NCBI GenBank assembly: GCA_963836205.1 | Contig: CAWIIV010000011.1 | Span: 64,001 to 128,000 of the forward strand | Length of the DNA: 64,000 nucleotides | Source: an uncultured Acidimicrobiia bacterium | Lineage (GTDB): Bacteria > Actinomycetota > Acidimicrobiia > Acidimicrobiales > AC-14 | Direction: 5' to 3' | Shown: piece after piece, positions 38,944 through 48,359 of the stretch | How positions within the stretch are numbered: position 1 is the stretch's first letter | How the letters are laid out: the number at the start of each line of letters is the position of its first letter | Notes under the pieces: generated by a model | Told to the model about the DNA's origin: nothing | Database searches by the model: none | The model's input: the letters and a program-made list of their open reading frames with translations, nothing else | Position numbers and translations under genes: made by a program

Positions 38944-40977
38944 TCAGGGGGAGGGCAGGGCCGGCGGCGGGCCGATCGGGTAGTCACCCGAGACGCCCCA
39001 GCTCAGGGAGGTCGTGCCCCCCGCGCTGCGCTGGACATGCCATGCCCCGTTCGATGGCCGGAAGACGGCCAGATCGGACTTGCCGTCGCCGTCGAAGTCG
39101 CCGGATTGGGGGATGTCGCCGGGCGATCCCCAGCTCACCGCCGTCGTGCCGCCACCACTCCGGGAGATGTACCAGACGCCGGTGGACGGCCGGTAGACCG
39201 CGAGGTCGGTCCTGCTGTCGCCGTCGAAGTCGCCGGCCCGGGGGACGTCGCCGCTCGTGCCCCAGCCCTGCGCGGTCGTGCCGCCGGCGCTGCCCTGGAC
39301 GTACCAGATCCCGGTCGAAGGGCGGAACACGGCGACGTCCGCCTTGGCGTCGCCGTCGAAGTCGCCGGAGACGGGGACATCCCCCGCCGTGCCCCAGTTC
39401 ACGGCCGTCGTGCCGCCACCACTCCGGGAGATGTGCCAGCTGCTCGTGGAGGGGCGGTAGACGGCGGTGTCGGCCCGCCCGTCGCCGTCGTAGTCGGCGG
39501 GCATCGGCCGGTCGCCGTTCGTCCCCCAGTTGACGGCCGAGGTGCCGCCCGCGCTGCGCTGGACGAACCAGGACCCGGTGGAGGGCCGGAAGACCACGAC
39601 GTCGATGCGGCGGTCTCCGTCGAAGTCCCCTGAGGCGGGGATGTCGCCCGGCGTCCCCCAGCTCGCGGTGGTGCTGCCGCCGCTGCTCCGGGAGACGTAC
39701 CAGAACCCGTTCGACGGGCGGAACACGGCAGTGTCGCTGAGCCCGTCGCCGTCGAAGTCGGCCGGCGGTGCGGGCGGCCCGGCCGGGAAGGCGATCTTGC
39801 GCACCTCGCCGCCGCCGGCATACGTCGAGTAGTACAGCGCCCGGTCGGGTCCGAACTCCATGTGGACGGCACTGGACCCGCCCAAGCCGGTGGCGAAGTC
39901 CCGCACCGTCGTCCCGTCGAGCAGGAACATCTTCCCGCAGATGTAGTCGGCGAAGAGATACCGGCCGGCGTAGGCGGGCGACCAGGCCCCGGCGGGGATG
40001 AACGCGGCGCCCGTAATCGACCGGCACCCGGTGGACGACGCATAGTCGTGGACCGGGTTGGTCGCTCCCGGGAGGACGCAGCCGCCGGCGATGGAGGGGT
40101 TGGCGATCGTGCCCTCCCTGCAGTTCCACCCGTAGTCGGCGCCGGCCGCCCCGACGTCGACCTCCTCCCTCGCCCCCTGGCCGACGTCGTTGACGTGCAG
40201 CAGGCCGTCGGCCCGGAAGGCGAACCGGAACGGGTTCCGCAACCCCCAGGCCCAGGTCTCGCTGCACAACGCCGTGCTTCCGGGATTGGTGTCGCCCGCG
40301 GGGTGGCCGCAACGGCGCGTGCTCGTGGGGGCGTACGGGTTGTCGGCGGGAACCGTCCCGTCCTGGTTCAGGCGCAGGATCTTGCCCAGCAGGTGCGTGC
40401 GGCTGCGGGCATTGTCGTTCAGCCCCCCGCATCCGAGACCACCGAGCTGGCAGCCGCCGTCGCCGACCGAGACGTAGAGCTTCCCGTCCGGCCCCAGGTT
40501 GAGGTCGCCGGCGTTGTGGTTGGTGGCGGGCGTGGGAATCCAGTCGAGAAGCACGACCTCGCCGCTGAGCAGGTTGTTCGACCCCAGCGTGAACCGGGAG
40601 ACGCGGTTCCAGCAGTCGCCGTCGTGGTTCGACGTGTAATAGAGGAAGACCTGGTTGGTGGCCGAGATCGCCGATCCGAGCAGTCCCTGTTCCCCGCTGG
40701 CACAGGGCGACAGTGTCAGCGCCGCCGTGGGCAGCAGCGTCCCGTTCACCACCATGCGCACGGTGCCGCCCTGGGTCGTGACCAGCATTCGGCCATCGAG
40801 GGCGAAGGAGATCGACGTGGGGGCCCCGATCTGGACGACCGGCGCGTCGGTGAAGCCGGGGTCGTTCGGGAACGTGGCCGCCTGGGCGGGCGGTGCGAAC
40901 GCCGGTACGAGGCCGAGGGCGAGCGTGCAACTCGCGACCAGCGACCTGCCCCAAGGGTGTCGTCTCCTACTGCGCAC
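38944..40977 (-). CDS. Secreted PQQ-dependent sugar dehydrogenase-like protein with five FG-GAP/VCBS repeats
   Basis: GEQGLLG, NHNAG, GKILR, GLRNPFR; D(F/Y)DGD...D..V(F/Y)RPS...W x5. Confidence 0.88.
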   Translation of the reverse strand: MRSRRRHPWGRSLVASCTLALGLVPAFAPPAQAATFPNDPGFTDAPVVQIGAPTSISFALDGRMLVTTQGGTVRMVVNGTLLPTAALTLSPCASGEQGLLGSAISATNQVFLYYTSNHDGDCWNRVSRFTLGSNNLLSGEVVLLDWIPTPATNHNAGDLNLGPDGKLYVSVGDGGCQLGGLGCGGLNDNARSRTHLLGKILRLNQDGTVPADNPYAPTSTRRCGHPAGDTNPGSTALCSETWAWGLRNPFRFAFRADGLLHVNDVGQGAREEVDVGAAGADYGWNCREGTIANPSIAGGCVLPGATNPVHDYASSTGCRSITGAAFIPAGAWSPAYAGRYLFADYICGKMFLLDGTTVRDFATGLGGSSAVHMEFGPDRALYYSTYAGGGEVRKIAFPAGPPAPPADFDGDGLSDTAVFRPSNGFWYVSRSSGGSTTASWGTPGDIPASGDFDGDRRIDVVVFRPSTGSWFVQRSAGGTSAVNWGTNGDRPMPADYDGDGRADTAVYRPSTSSWHISRSGGGTTAVNWGTAGDVPVSGDFDGDAKADVAVFRPSTGIWYVQGSAGGTTAQGWGTSGDVPRAGDFDGDSRTDLAVYRPSTGVWYISRSGGGTTAVSWGSPGDIPQSGDFDGDGKSDLAVFRPSNGAWHVQRSAGGTTSLSWGVSGDYPIGPPPALPSP

Positions 40978-41093
40978 GCGTCATGCATCCCCCGGAAGAG
41001 CCACTGGTGATCATTCTGGCAGCCGGGGGCCGTGCGGACGGTCGCGGGAAACGGCTTGCCCCCCTTCCCCGATGGGACAACAGTGGGCGCGGC

Positions 41094-41837
41094 ATGTTCG
41101 AGCGGTTCACCGATCGGGCCCGGCGGGTCGTGGTGCTGGCGCAGGAGGAAGCCCGCCTGCTCAACCACAACTACATCGGCACCGAGCACGTCCTCCTCGG
41201 GCTGATCCACGAAGGCGAAGGGGTGGCGGCCAAGGCGCTGGAGGAGCTGGGCATCTCGCTGGAGGCCGTCCGCCGTGAGGTGGAGGAGATCATCGGCGAG
41301 GGCGCCTCGTCCCCCAGCGGGCACATCCCGTTCACTCCTCGGGCCAAGAAGGTCCTCGAGCTGTCGCTACGGGAAGCTCTCCAGCTCGGTCACAACTACA
41401 TCGGGACGGAGCACATCCTCCTCGGGCTGATCCGGGAAGGTGAGGGGGTGGCGGCCCAGGTCCTGGTCAGGCTGGGCGCCGACCTCAACCGGGTCCGGCA
41501 CCAGGCGATCCAACTCCTTTCCGGCTACCCCGGCGCCGCCACCGGCGCCCACAGCTTCGCCAGCCATGAGATCAGGAACACCGGCCGTCGGCTGCACCTG
41601 AAGGTCATGGCCGGCCGCATCATCCTGAGCATCGACGATCCGAGCCTGGGCGAGCTCAACGAGCTCGACCTGGTCGTGCGGAATCCCGATCTCACGCCGG
41701 AGGACTCCCGGGCGATCTACCAGACGGTCCGCAACCTCGTCCGCCAGCTCGACGAGCGGCTGGCCGAGCTCGAGCCCACGATCGGCTTCGACGACCCGCC
41801 CCAGGAAGCGTCGTCGCCGGCCGACCCGCCCGCGTAG
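41094..41837 (+). CDS. Stand-alone ClpC N-terminal domain protein with no AAA+ module
   Basis: [21 protein letters not shown]...HNYIGTEH x2, then an unrelated ~100-aa tail. Confidence 0.88.
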   Translation: MFERFTDRARRVVVLAQEEARLLNHNYIGTEHVLLGLIHEGEGVAAKALEELGISLEAVRREVEEIIGEGASSPSGHIPFTPRAKKVLELSLREALQLGHNYIGTEHILLGLIREGEGVAAQVLVRLGADLNRVRHQAIQLLSGYPGAATGAHSFASHEIRNTGRRLHLKVMAGRIILSIDDPSLGELNELDLVVRNPDLTPEDSRAIYQTVRNLVRQLDERLAELEPTIGFDDPPQEASSPADPPA

Positions 41838-41863
41838 CGCCCCGTCAGTCGGGGAGAATCCTG

Positions 41864-42277
41864 TCAGTCCGGGAGAATCCGGAAGCGCCCGCCGCCGAGG
41901 GGACGAAGGGCCTCGAAGCGGCGCCGGTCGAGGGTGAGCACCGATCGGGTCTGGTACTGCTCGGCCAGCACCACCAGCGAGGCGTCGGCGATGCCGATCC
42001 GCTGGTCGCGGTGGCGCTCGACCACCGATCGGGCCTGGCCGAGCTGCTCCGCGGCGAGGGCGGCCAGGAGGTATGCCCCCCCGGCCAACTCGGCCAGCAC
42101 CGCCAGCTCGGCTTCCACGCCGAGGCGGCTGCCGACCAGGTCGTCGAGCTCCGCCACCACGTACGGAGACACGACCATGGGCTCGACCTCGGCCGCCACC
42201 ACCGCCCGCACCGCCTCGTGGGCCGGCTCGCGCCGGTTGAACATGGCGAGCAGGCCGCTGGTGTCGGCGACGATCAC
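41864..42277 (-). CDS. vapC: VapC PIN-domain toxin
   Basis: IVADTSG, VVAE, IADAS, TLDRR. Confidence 0.88.
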   Translation of the reverse strand: MIVADTSGLLAMFNRREPAHEAVRAVVAAEVEPMVVSPYVVAELDDLVGSRLGVEAELAVLAELAGGAYLLAALAAEQLGQARSVVERHRDQRIGIADASLVVLAEQYQTRSVLTLDRRRFEALRPLGGGRFRILPD

Positions 42278-42483
42278 TGCTCGCCGAAACCGGCGAGCAG
42301 TGCGTCGACCTGATCGGCGAACGGCTCACCAGCGACGATGCCGGCGTTCGGCGTGGGCGCATGGACCGCCGCGGCCACCGCCCGGCGGATGACCTCCGCC
42401 TCCGAGCACCCCTGCCGCTTCGCCTCCCGTTCGACCGCCGCCTTGAGCGAGTCGGTGAGATAGATCGTGGTCCTGCGGGCCAT
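42274..42483 (-). CDS. vapB: RHH/CopG antitoxin
   Basis: RTTIYL...SEAEVIRRAV...GFG; overlaps the vapC start. Confidence 0.82.
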   Translation of the reverse strand: MARRTTIYLTDSLKAAVEREAKRQGCSEAEVIRRAVAAAVHAPTPNAGIVAGEPFADQVDALLAGFGEQ

Positions 42484-42519
42484 GCCACCTATGGTGCCAG
42501 CGGTGGCACCGTGCGCGGC

Positions 42520-43011
42520 CTACACGACCTCTTCGAGCTTGCCGTTCTGGACGTTGTAGACGAAGCCCCGGACGGCGTCGGTGTGGGGGATGAAGGGGCT
42601 GGCCTTGATGCGCGCGATCGACTGGCGGACGTCGTCGTGGGCGTCGGGGAACGCCTCCAGGGCGAACGACGGGCGGATGCCGACATCGTCCTGGATCTGC
42701 TGCTTCACCGCGTCGTCGGAGAAGGTGACCATCCCGCAGTCGGTGTGGTGGATGAGGATGATCTCGGAGGTGCCGAGCAGGCGCTGGGAGATCGTCAGCG
42801 ACCGGATGACGTCCTCCGTCACCACCCCACCGGCGTTGCGGATGACGTGGGCGTCCCCCTCGTGAAGGCCGAGGATCCCGTACGGGTTCAACCTGGCGTC
42901 CATGCAGGCGAGCACGGCGACGTGCTGGCCGGGGGGCATGGGCAGGTCGCCCTGGTCGAAGGCGGCGGCGTACTGCTCACTGTTCTGGAGCAGCTTCTCG
43001 GTCACGGTCAT
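42520..43011 (-). CDS. Beta-carbonic anhydrase, Rv1284/clade D type
   Basis: CMDARL, HVIRNAGG, SQRLLGT, HHTDCG. Confidence 0.93.
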   Translation of the reverse strand: MTVTEKLLQNSEQYAAAFDQGDLPMPPGQHVAVLACMDARLNPYGILGLHEGDAHVIRNAGGVVTEDVIRSLTISQRLLGTSEIILIHHTDCGMVTFSDDAVKQQIQDDVGIRPSFALEAFPDAHDDVRQSIARIKASPFIPHTDAVRGFVYNVQNGKLEEVV

Positions 43012-43050
43012 GGGGACGACCTCCTGGGGCCTGTGGTGGTGGGTATCGAC

Positions 43051-43075
43051 AATACCTATCAAACTAGTCGGGAAT
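43051..43075. promoter_or_regulatory. Rrf2-family (IscR/CymR-like) operator candidate
   Basis: AT-rich AATACCTATCAAACTAGTCGGGAAT between divergent genes. Confidence 0.45.
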
Positions 43076-43108
43076 TGCACAAGGCCGTGTCGGGGCTACC
43101 GTCCAGGC

Positions 43109-43573
43109 ATGGCCGCCGCAGGGGAAGCCCGGATCCGCATCTCGGCCGCGCCGGGAAAGGTATGGAACATGGTGGCCGACGTCACCCGCATGGGCGAATG
43201 GAGTCCGGAGACGGTCTCCTGCGAGTGGATCGACCCCGCCACCGGCCCGGCGGTGGGCGCCCGGTTCAAGGGCCACAACAAGCGGGGCCGCGGTCGGTGG
43301 ACACGGCCCTGCGAGGTGACGGCCTGCGTGCGGGGCAAGGAGTTCGCGTTCGTGGTCCGGCCCGACGATCCCGAGACCCTGTGGCGCTACGAGTTCAGCC
43401 CCGCCGCCGGGGGGACGGAGGTGGTCGAGACGTTCGAGCTGATCAAGCCCATCTCCCGGTTCCGCCGGCTGCAGACGATCGTCGGCTTCGGCGTGAAGGA
43501 CCGGGTGCCCGACCTGGTCGACGGGATGCGCCAGACCCTCGAACGGTTGCGGGCCGCGGCCGAGGCCGGCTGA
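43109..43573 (+). CDS. SRPBCC family protein
   Basis: VW.MVADVTRMGEWSPE...GARFKGHN. Confidence 0.85.
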   Translation: MAAAGEARIRISAAPGKVWNMVADVTRMGEWSPETVSCEWIDPATGPAVGARFKGHNKRGRGRWTRPCEVTACVRGKEFAFVVRPDDPETLWRYEFSPAAGGTEVVETFELIKPISRFRRLQTIVGFGVKDRVPDLVDGMRQTLERLRAAAEAG

Positions 43574-44028
43574 TGGCCGACCACGACGACGCCCGCCCGG
43601 AAGCGCAGCCCGAGATCCTCGTCGACAACGGTGCCCGCAAGCTCACCCTCGACGAGCTGGGCAAGAGCCAGCCGGGGATGGGCCGGCTCATGCCCGAGGT
43701 GGGGGCCCGGACGTGGAAGGCCTGGTACGCGGCCCAGGCCGGGAACTGGCGCCTGGCCCGCTGGCAGCTCAGCGAGGCGGCCAAGCTCATGGACCTGGGC
43801 GCGTTCGTCCGGCCCAAGTACCAGGTGAGCATGACGAAGTTCCTCACCGACGACTTCGACCCCGTCCGCCAGGCGGTCGAGGACCGCGACTGGGAGGCGT
43901 TCGAGGGCCACTTCACCCGCATGGTGGTGCGGGCGAACTACTACCACGACGTCTTCGACAAGGGCTTCATCCAATGGAAGCTGCCCGACATGCCCCCGCC
44001 CGACCTCGACCTGACGCCCCGCGACTGA
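43573..44028 (+). CDS. Hypothetical helical protein, cytochrome c'/b562-like with ANYYH in place of CxxCH
   Basis: PGMGRLM...WYAAQAGNW.LA...ANYYH...FI.W..P. Confidence 0.55.
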   Translation: MADHDDARPEAQPEILVDNGARKLTLDELGKSQPGMGRLMPEVGARTWKAWYAAQAGNWRLARWQLSEAAKLMDLGAFVRPKYQVSMTKFLTDDFDPVRQAVEDRDWEAFEGHFTRMVVRANYYHDVFDKGFIQWKLPDMPPPDLDLTPRD

Positions 44029-44069
44029 CTCTTCTCGGCGAGGGCGCAGGAATCGGGCATCCTGGGGCG

Positions 44070-46352
44070 ATGGGTGCGTCGACCTCGTCCGACCACCCCG
44101 ACCCCGTCATGCCGGACCCGGTGGCGGTCGTGTTGCGGGCGGCGGAGGTGGCGGCCACCGCCGCCACCCTCGAGGAGGCGGCCGAAGTGGTGCTCGCCGA
44201 CCTCTGCCGGCTGGCCGGGTGGCCGGTCGGGCACCTGTTCGTGGCCAACGGACCGGCGTCGCTCGCACCCACCGCCACCTGGCACCTGGCCGACCCCGAG
44301 CGCTACCGGGTGCTGCGCCAGGTGGCCCAGGCCATCGCCGTCGCCGCCGGACCGGCCGGCGGCCTGCCGGGACGGGTGCTGGCCAGCGGGCAACCGGAGG
44401 CGGCCGACGACGTCGGCGAGGCGGCGGTCCAGGCCGGCCTCACCACCGCGGTGGCCGTGCCCGTGGTGTGCGGTGGCGACGTGGTCGCCCTCCTCCACCT
44501 GCTCGGCCCGGCCGGGCCCGCCGACGGCGCGGCCGCACTCCTCCAGACCGCGGCCGTGGCCGCCGAGCAGTTGGGCCGGGTGGTCGACCGCCGCCGGGCC
44601 GCCACCGCCCAGGACGACCGTCGCCGCCTCATCGAGACGGCCCACGACGCCTTCGTCCGGCTCGACGCGGCCGGCGCCATCCTCGACTGGAACGTCCAGG
44701 CCGAGGCCATGTTCGGCTGGATGCGGGCGGAGGTGCTCGGCCGGCGCATGAGCGAGATCGTGATCCCCGTCCGCTACCGGGCCGCCCACGACGACGGCTT
44801 CCGGCGGGCCCTGGCCGGCACCGAGGGCCCGTCGATCTCGAAGCGGGAGCTGGCCGCCGTCCACCGCTCGGGGGCCGAGTTCCCGGTGGAGGTCACCGTC
44901 TGGGGGTCATACGACGACCAGCGGCAGGTGGTCGACGGGTTCGTGCGCGACATCAGCGAGCGGCGCCGGTTCGAGGTCCAGCTCGCCCGCCAGGCCCTCC
45001 ACGACCGCCTCACCGGCCTGCCCAACCGGGTCCTGCTCCGGGACCGGCTGGAGAACGCGCTGGCCCGCACCCTGCGCAACCGGTCCACCGTCGCCCTCCT
45101 CATCCTCGACATCGACCGCTTCAAGGTGATCAACGACAGCCTCGGCCACGATGGCGGCGACCGGTTGCTGGTGGCGGTGGCCGAGCGCCTGAGCCGCCTC
45201 CTCCGCCCGGGCGACACCCTGGCCCGGATGGGCGGCGACGAGTACGCCATGCTCTGCGAGGACGTCGCCGGGCGGGACGAGGCCGCCGCCCTCGCCGGCC
45301 GGGTGCTCGACTCCTTCGAGCCCCACTTCCCCGTGGTCACCACCGGCTCCGACGCCACCGACGTCGCCGTCAGCGTCAGCGTCGGGGTCGCCATGGCCGC
45401 GGGCGACGAGTCGGATCCCGACCTCCTCCTGCGCGACGCCGACGTGGCCATGTACCGGGCCAAGCAGCGGGGCCGGGGCCGCTTCGAGGTGTTCGACGAG
45501 GCCATGCGCCACGAGGCCGTCGACCGCCTCTCGGTGGAGAACGACCTCCGCCGGGCCATCCGCCAGGGCCAGCTGCGGCTCTTCTACCAGCCCATCGTCC
45601 ACATCGACACCGGCCAGATCGCCGGCTTCGAGGCCCTCGTCCGCTGGCAGCACCCGGTGCGGGGGCTGCTGTCGCCGGCCGACTTCATCCCCCCGGCGGA
45701 GGACACCGGCCTCATCGTCCCCCTCGGACGGTGCGTCCTCAGCGAGGCCTGTCTCCAGGCCGCGGCCTGGCAGCGGCGGCGGGGCGTCGACCGGCCCCTG
45801 CGCATGAGCGTGAACGTCTCCGCCAAGCAGCTCCAGTACCCCGGTTGGGCGGCGGAGGTGGCGGCTACCCTGGCCGAGTCCGGCCTGGAGCCGGGCCACC
45901 TGGTCCTGGAGATCACCGAGAGCGTGCTGATGGAGGACGCGGAGGCGTCGGCGGGCCCCCTGGAGGAGCTGCGCCGGCTGGGCGTGCGGGTCGCCATCGA
46001 CGACTTCGGGACGGGCTACTCCTCCCTCGGCTACCTGCGGCGGTTGCCGGTCGACATCCTCAAGATCGACAAGTCGTTCATCGACGGGGTGGCCAAGGGT
46101 CCCCACGAGTCGGCCCTGGCCCGGGCCGTCGTCAAGCTGGCCCGCACCCTCGGGCTCGACGCGGTGGCCGAGGGGGTCACCGACCGCCGCCAGCTGGCCG
46201 AGCTGCGCCGGCTGCGCTGCCCGTACGGCCAGGGCTACCTCTTCTCCCGGCCCCAGCCGCCGGAGGTGGTGGCCCAGCTGCTGGAGGTCGCCACCCTTCC
46301 GCTGGCCTCGGCCCCCGGCGAGTCGGCGGTCGACGAGCCGGTCGCCGGCTGA
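44070..46352 (+). CDS. GAF-PAS-GGDEF-EAL c-di-GMP enzyme
   Basis: HDRLTGLPNR, GGDEY, FEALVRW, DDFGTGYSS. Confidence 0.93.
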   Translation: MGASTSSDHPDPVMPDPVAVVLRAAEVAATAATLEEAAEVVLADLCRLAGWPVGHLFVANGPASLAPTATWHLADPERYRVLRQVAQAIAVAAGPAGGLPGRVLASGQPEAADDVGEAAVQAGLTTAVAVPVVCGGDVVALLHLLGPAGPADGAAALLQTAAVAAEQLGRVVDRRRAATAQDDRRRLIETAHDAFVRLDAAGAILDWNVQAEAMFGWMRAEVLGRRMSEIVIPVRYRAAHDDGFRRALAGTEGPSISKRELAAVHRSGAEFPVEVTVWGSYDDQRQVVDGFVRDISERRRFEVQLARQALHDRLTGLPNRVLLRDRLENALARTLRNRSTVALLILDIDRFKVINDSLGHDGGDRLLVAVAERLSRLLRPGDTLARMGGDEYAMLCEDVAGRDEAAALAGRVLDSFEPHFPVVTTGSDATDVAVSVSVGVAMAAGDESDPDLLLRDADVAMYRAKQRGRGRFEVFDEAMRHEAVDRLSVENDLRRAIRQGQLRLFYQPIVHIDTGQIAGFEALVRWQHPVRGLLSPADFIPPAEDTGLIVPLGRCVLSEACLQAAAWQRRRGVDRPLRMSVNVSAKQLQYPGWAAEVAATLAESGLEPGHLVLEITESVLMEDAEASAGPLEELRRLGVRVAIDDFGTGYSSLGYLRRLPVDILKIDKSFIDGVAKGPHESALARAVVKLARTLGLDAVAEGVTDRRQLAELRRLRCPYGQGYLFSRPQPPEVVAQLLEVATLPLASAPGESAVDEPVAG

Positions 46353-46378
46353 ACCCGCTTCGCTAGCCTGCGCAACCA

Positions 46379-47173
46379 ATGGCAACCAGGCTGGAGATCG
46401 TGGGTGGGGGCCGGATGGGCGAGGCCCTGGTCGCGGGGCTGCTCGGCGCGGGATGGGCCGAGGTGGAAGAGATCGTGGTGGTGGAGCCGGTGGCCGCCCG
46501 CCGCGACCAGTTGGCCGTTCGCTTTTCCGGACTGGGCCTGTCGGGCATCGCCGTCGAGGCCGACGGGGCGGTGCTGGCGGTCAAGCCGGGCGACGTGGAG
46601 GCGGCCTGCCGTTCGATCGCGGGTGCGGGCGTGGCCCGGGTGCTGTCGATCGCGGCGGGTGTCCCCACCGCCCGCATCCAGGAGTGGCTCGGCTCCGACG
46701 TGCCCGTGGTGCGGGCCATGCCCAACACGCCGGCCCTGGTGGGGGCGGGCGCGGCCGCCATCTCGCCGGGGGCGACCGCGGGCGAGGCCGACCTCGACTG
46801 GGCCGAGGGCATCCTGGGCGCGGTGGGCGTGGTGCAGCGGGTGCCCGAGTCGGCCCTCGACGCCGTCACCGGCCTGTCCGGCTCGGGGCCGGCCTACGTG
46901 TTCCTGGTGGCGGAGGCCCTCATCGAGGCGGGGGTGCTCAACGGGCTGCCCCGACCCACCGCCACCGCGCTGGCGATCCAGACCCTCGTCGGGTCGGCCC
47001 GGCTGCTGGCCGAGTCGGGCGACACCCCCGAGGGCCTGCGGGCGGCGGTCACGTCACCCGGGGGCACCACCGCCGCCGGCCTGCGGGTTCTCGAGGGCAA
47101 CGGCGTGCGCAGCGCCTTCCTGGAGGCGGTGACAGCCGCCACCGAGCGGTCGCGGGAGCTGGGCCGGGGCTGA
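46379..47173 (+). CDS. proC: Pyrroline-5-carboxylate reductase
   Basis: GGGRMG, RAMPNTP, SGSGPAY, VTSPGGTT. Confidence 0.96.
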   Translation: MATRLEIVGGGRMGEALVAGLLGAGWAEVEEIVVVEPVAARRDQLAVRFSGLGLSGIAVEADGAVLAVKPGDVEAACRSIAGAGVARVLSIAAGVPTARIQEWLGSDVPVVRAMPNTPALVGAGAAAISPGATAGEADLDWAEGILGAVGVVQRVPESALDAVTGLSGSGPAYVFLVAEALIEAGVLNGLPRPTATALAIQTLVGSARLLAESGDTPEGLRAAVTSPGGTTAAGLRVLEGNGVRSAFLEAVTAATERSRELGRG

Positions 47174-47235
47174 CCGGAGCCGCCCCACTTTCCTCACCAG
47201 CCCCACGCGAATACATTGCCCCCAGGCGAAGAGGG

Positions 47236-47451
47236 GTGATCCCACTGGCACAACCAACAGATCGGGCAAGCGCCCGGGGTCGTTTTCTGACCGTGGCCGA
47301 GGTCGCGGGCATCCTGCGGGTGTCCACCATGACCGTCTACCGGCTGATCAAGGCGGGAAACCTGCCCGCGGTGCGGGTCGGCAAGTCGTACCGGGTGCGG
47401 GAGGACGACGTCGACTCCTACCTGGCCCGCTCGTACACCGAGGCCGGATAA
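47236..47451 (+). CDS. Excisionase-family HTH DNA-binding protein (usual proC neighbour in Actinobacteria)
   Basis: FLTVAEVA..LRVS.MTVYRLI..G.LPAVRVG. Confidence 0.88.
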   Translation: MIPLAQPTDRASARGRFLTVAEVAGILRVSTMTVYRLIKAGNLPAVRVGKSYRVREDDVDSYLARSYTEAG

Positions 47452-47482
47452 CAGCCACCGCTCCTGCTCTTAGGGTGGTCGG

Positions 47483-48301
47483 GTGGCCCCGCCTCTCGAC
47501 ACCGTGTGGTTCCTGTCCGACTACGGCCTCGACGACGAGTTCGTCGGGGTCGTCAAAGGGGTGGTCAAGAGCATCGCCCCCCAGGTGACGGTCGTCGACC
47601 TGTCCCACCAGATCCCGGCCTACGACATCCGGGCCGGGTCGCTCGCCCTCGCCCGCAGTATGCAGTACCTGGCCCCCGGTGTTGTCCTGGCCGTGGTCGA
47701 CCCGGGGGTGGGCTCGGCCCGGCGGGCGGTGGCGGTGGAGGTAGGTAGCGACGACGTCACCGCCTTCCTCGTCGGTCCCGACAACGGGCTGCTGGCGCCG
47801 GCCGTGGCCATGGTCGGTGGGGCCCGCCGGGCGGTGTCGCTCACCAACGTCGACTACCACCTTCCCGCGCCCGGACCCACGTTCGCCGGCCGCGACGTCA
47901 TGGCTCCTGCCGCCGCCCACCTGTGCGCCGGGCTCGAGCTCGACCTGCTGGGGGAGCCGGTGGACCCGCTGTCGCTGCTGCCGGGCCTCATCCCCCTCAG
48001 CCGCCAGGAGGACGGGAAGACGGTGGGCGAGGTCCTCTGGATCGACCGCTTCGGCAACGCCCAGCTCAACGTCGACCCCGACGAGATCGCGGCCATCGAG
48101 GGCCCCGTCCTCGTCCGCGCCGGCGACCAGGCGAGGGTCGCGGCCCGGGTGGCGAGCTTCTCCGAGCTCAAGCCGGGCCAGGTGGGCGTGATGATCGACT
48201 CCTACGGCCTGCTGGCGGTGGTCCTCGACCAGCGCTCGGCGGCCGACGAGCTCCGCCTCCACACCGGCAGCGCCGTCACCCTGGAGCCCGTACCCGACTG
48301 A
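47483..48301 (+). CDS. SAM hydroxide adenosyltransferase/halogenase family (DUF62)
   Basis: SDYG.DD.FVG, VVDPGVGS.RR, GPDNGLL, IDRFGN. Confidence 0.9.
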   Translation: MAPPLDTVWFLSDYGLDDEFVGVVKGVVKSIAPQVTVVDLSHQIPAYDIRAGSLALARSMQYLAPGVVLAVVDPGVGSARRAVAVEVGSDDVTAFLVGPDNGLLAPAVAMVGGARRAVSLTNVDYHLPAPGPTFAGRDVMAPAAAHLCAGLELDLLGEPVDPLSLLPGLIPLSRQEDGKTVGEVLWIDRFGNAQLNVDPDEIAAIEGPVLVRAGDQARVAARVASFSELKPGQVGVMIDSYGLLAVVLDQRSAADELRLHTGSAVTLEPVPD

Positions 48302-48359
48302 CAGACCGGGGGGGCGCCGCGGCCGGCGCCGGACGACCCGGCGGTACCCTGGCTCATCC

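Noticed and set aside
47236-47451. Prophage excisionase
   Set aside because: No integrase or phage genes nearby; this HTH is a normal proC neighbour
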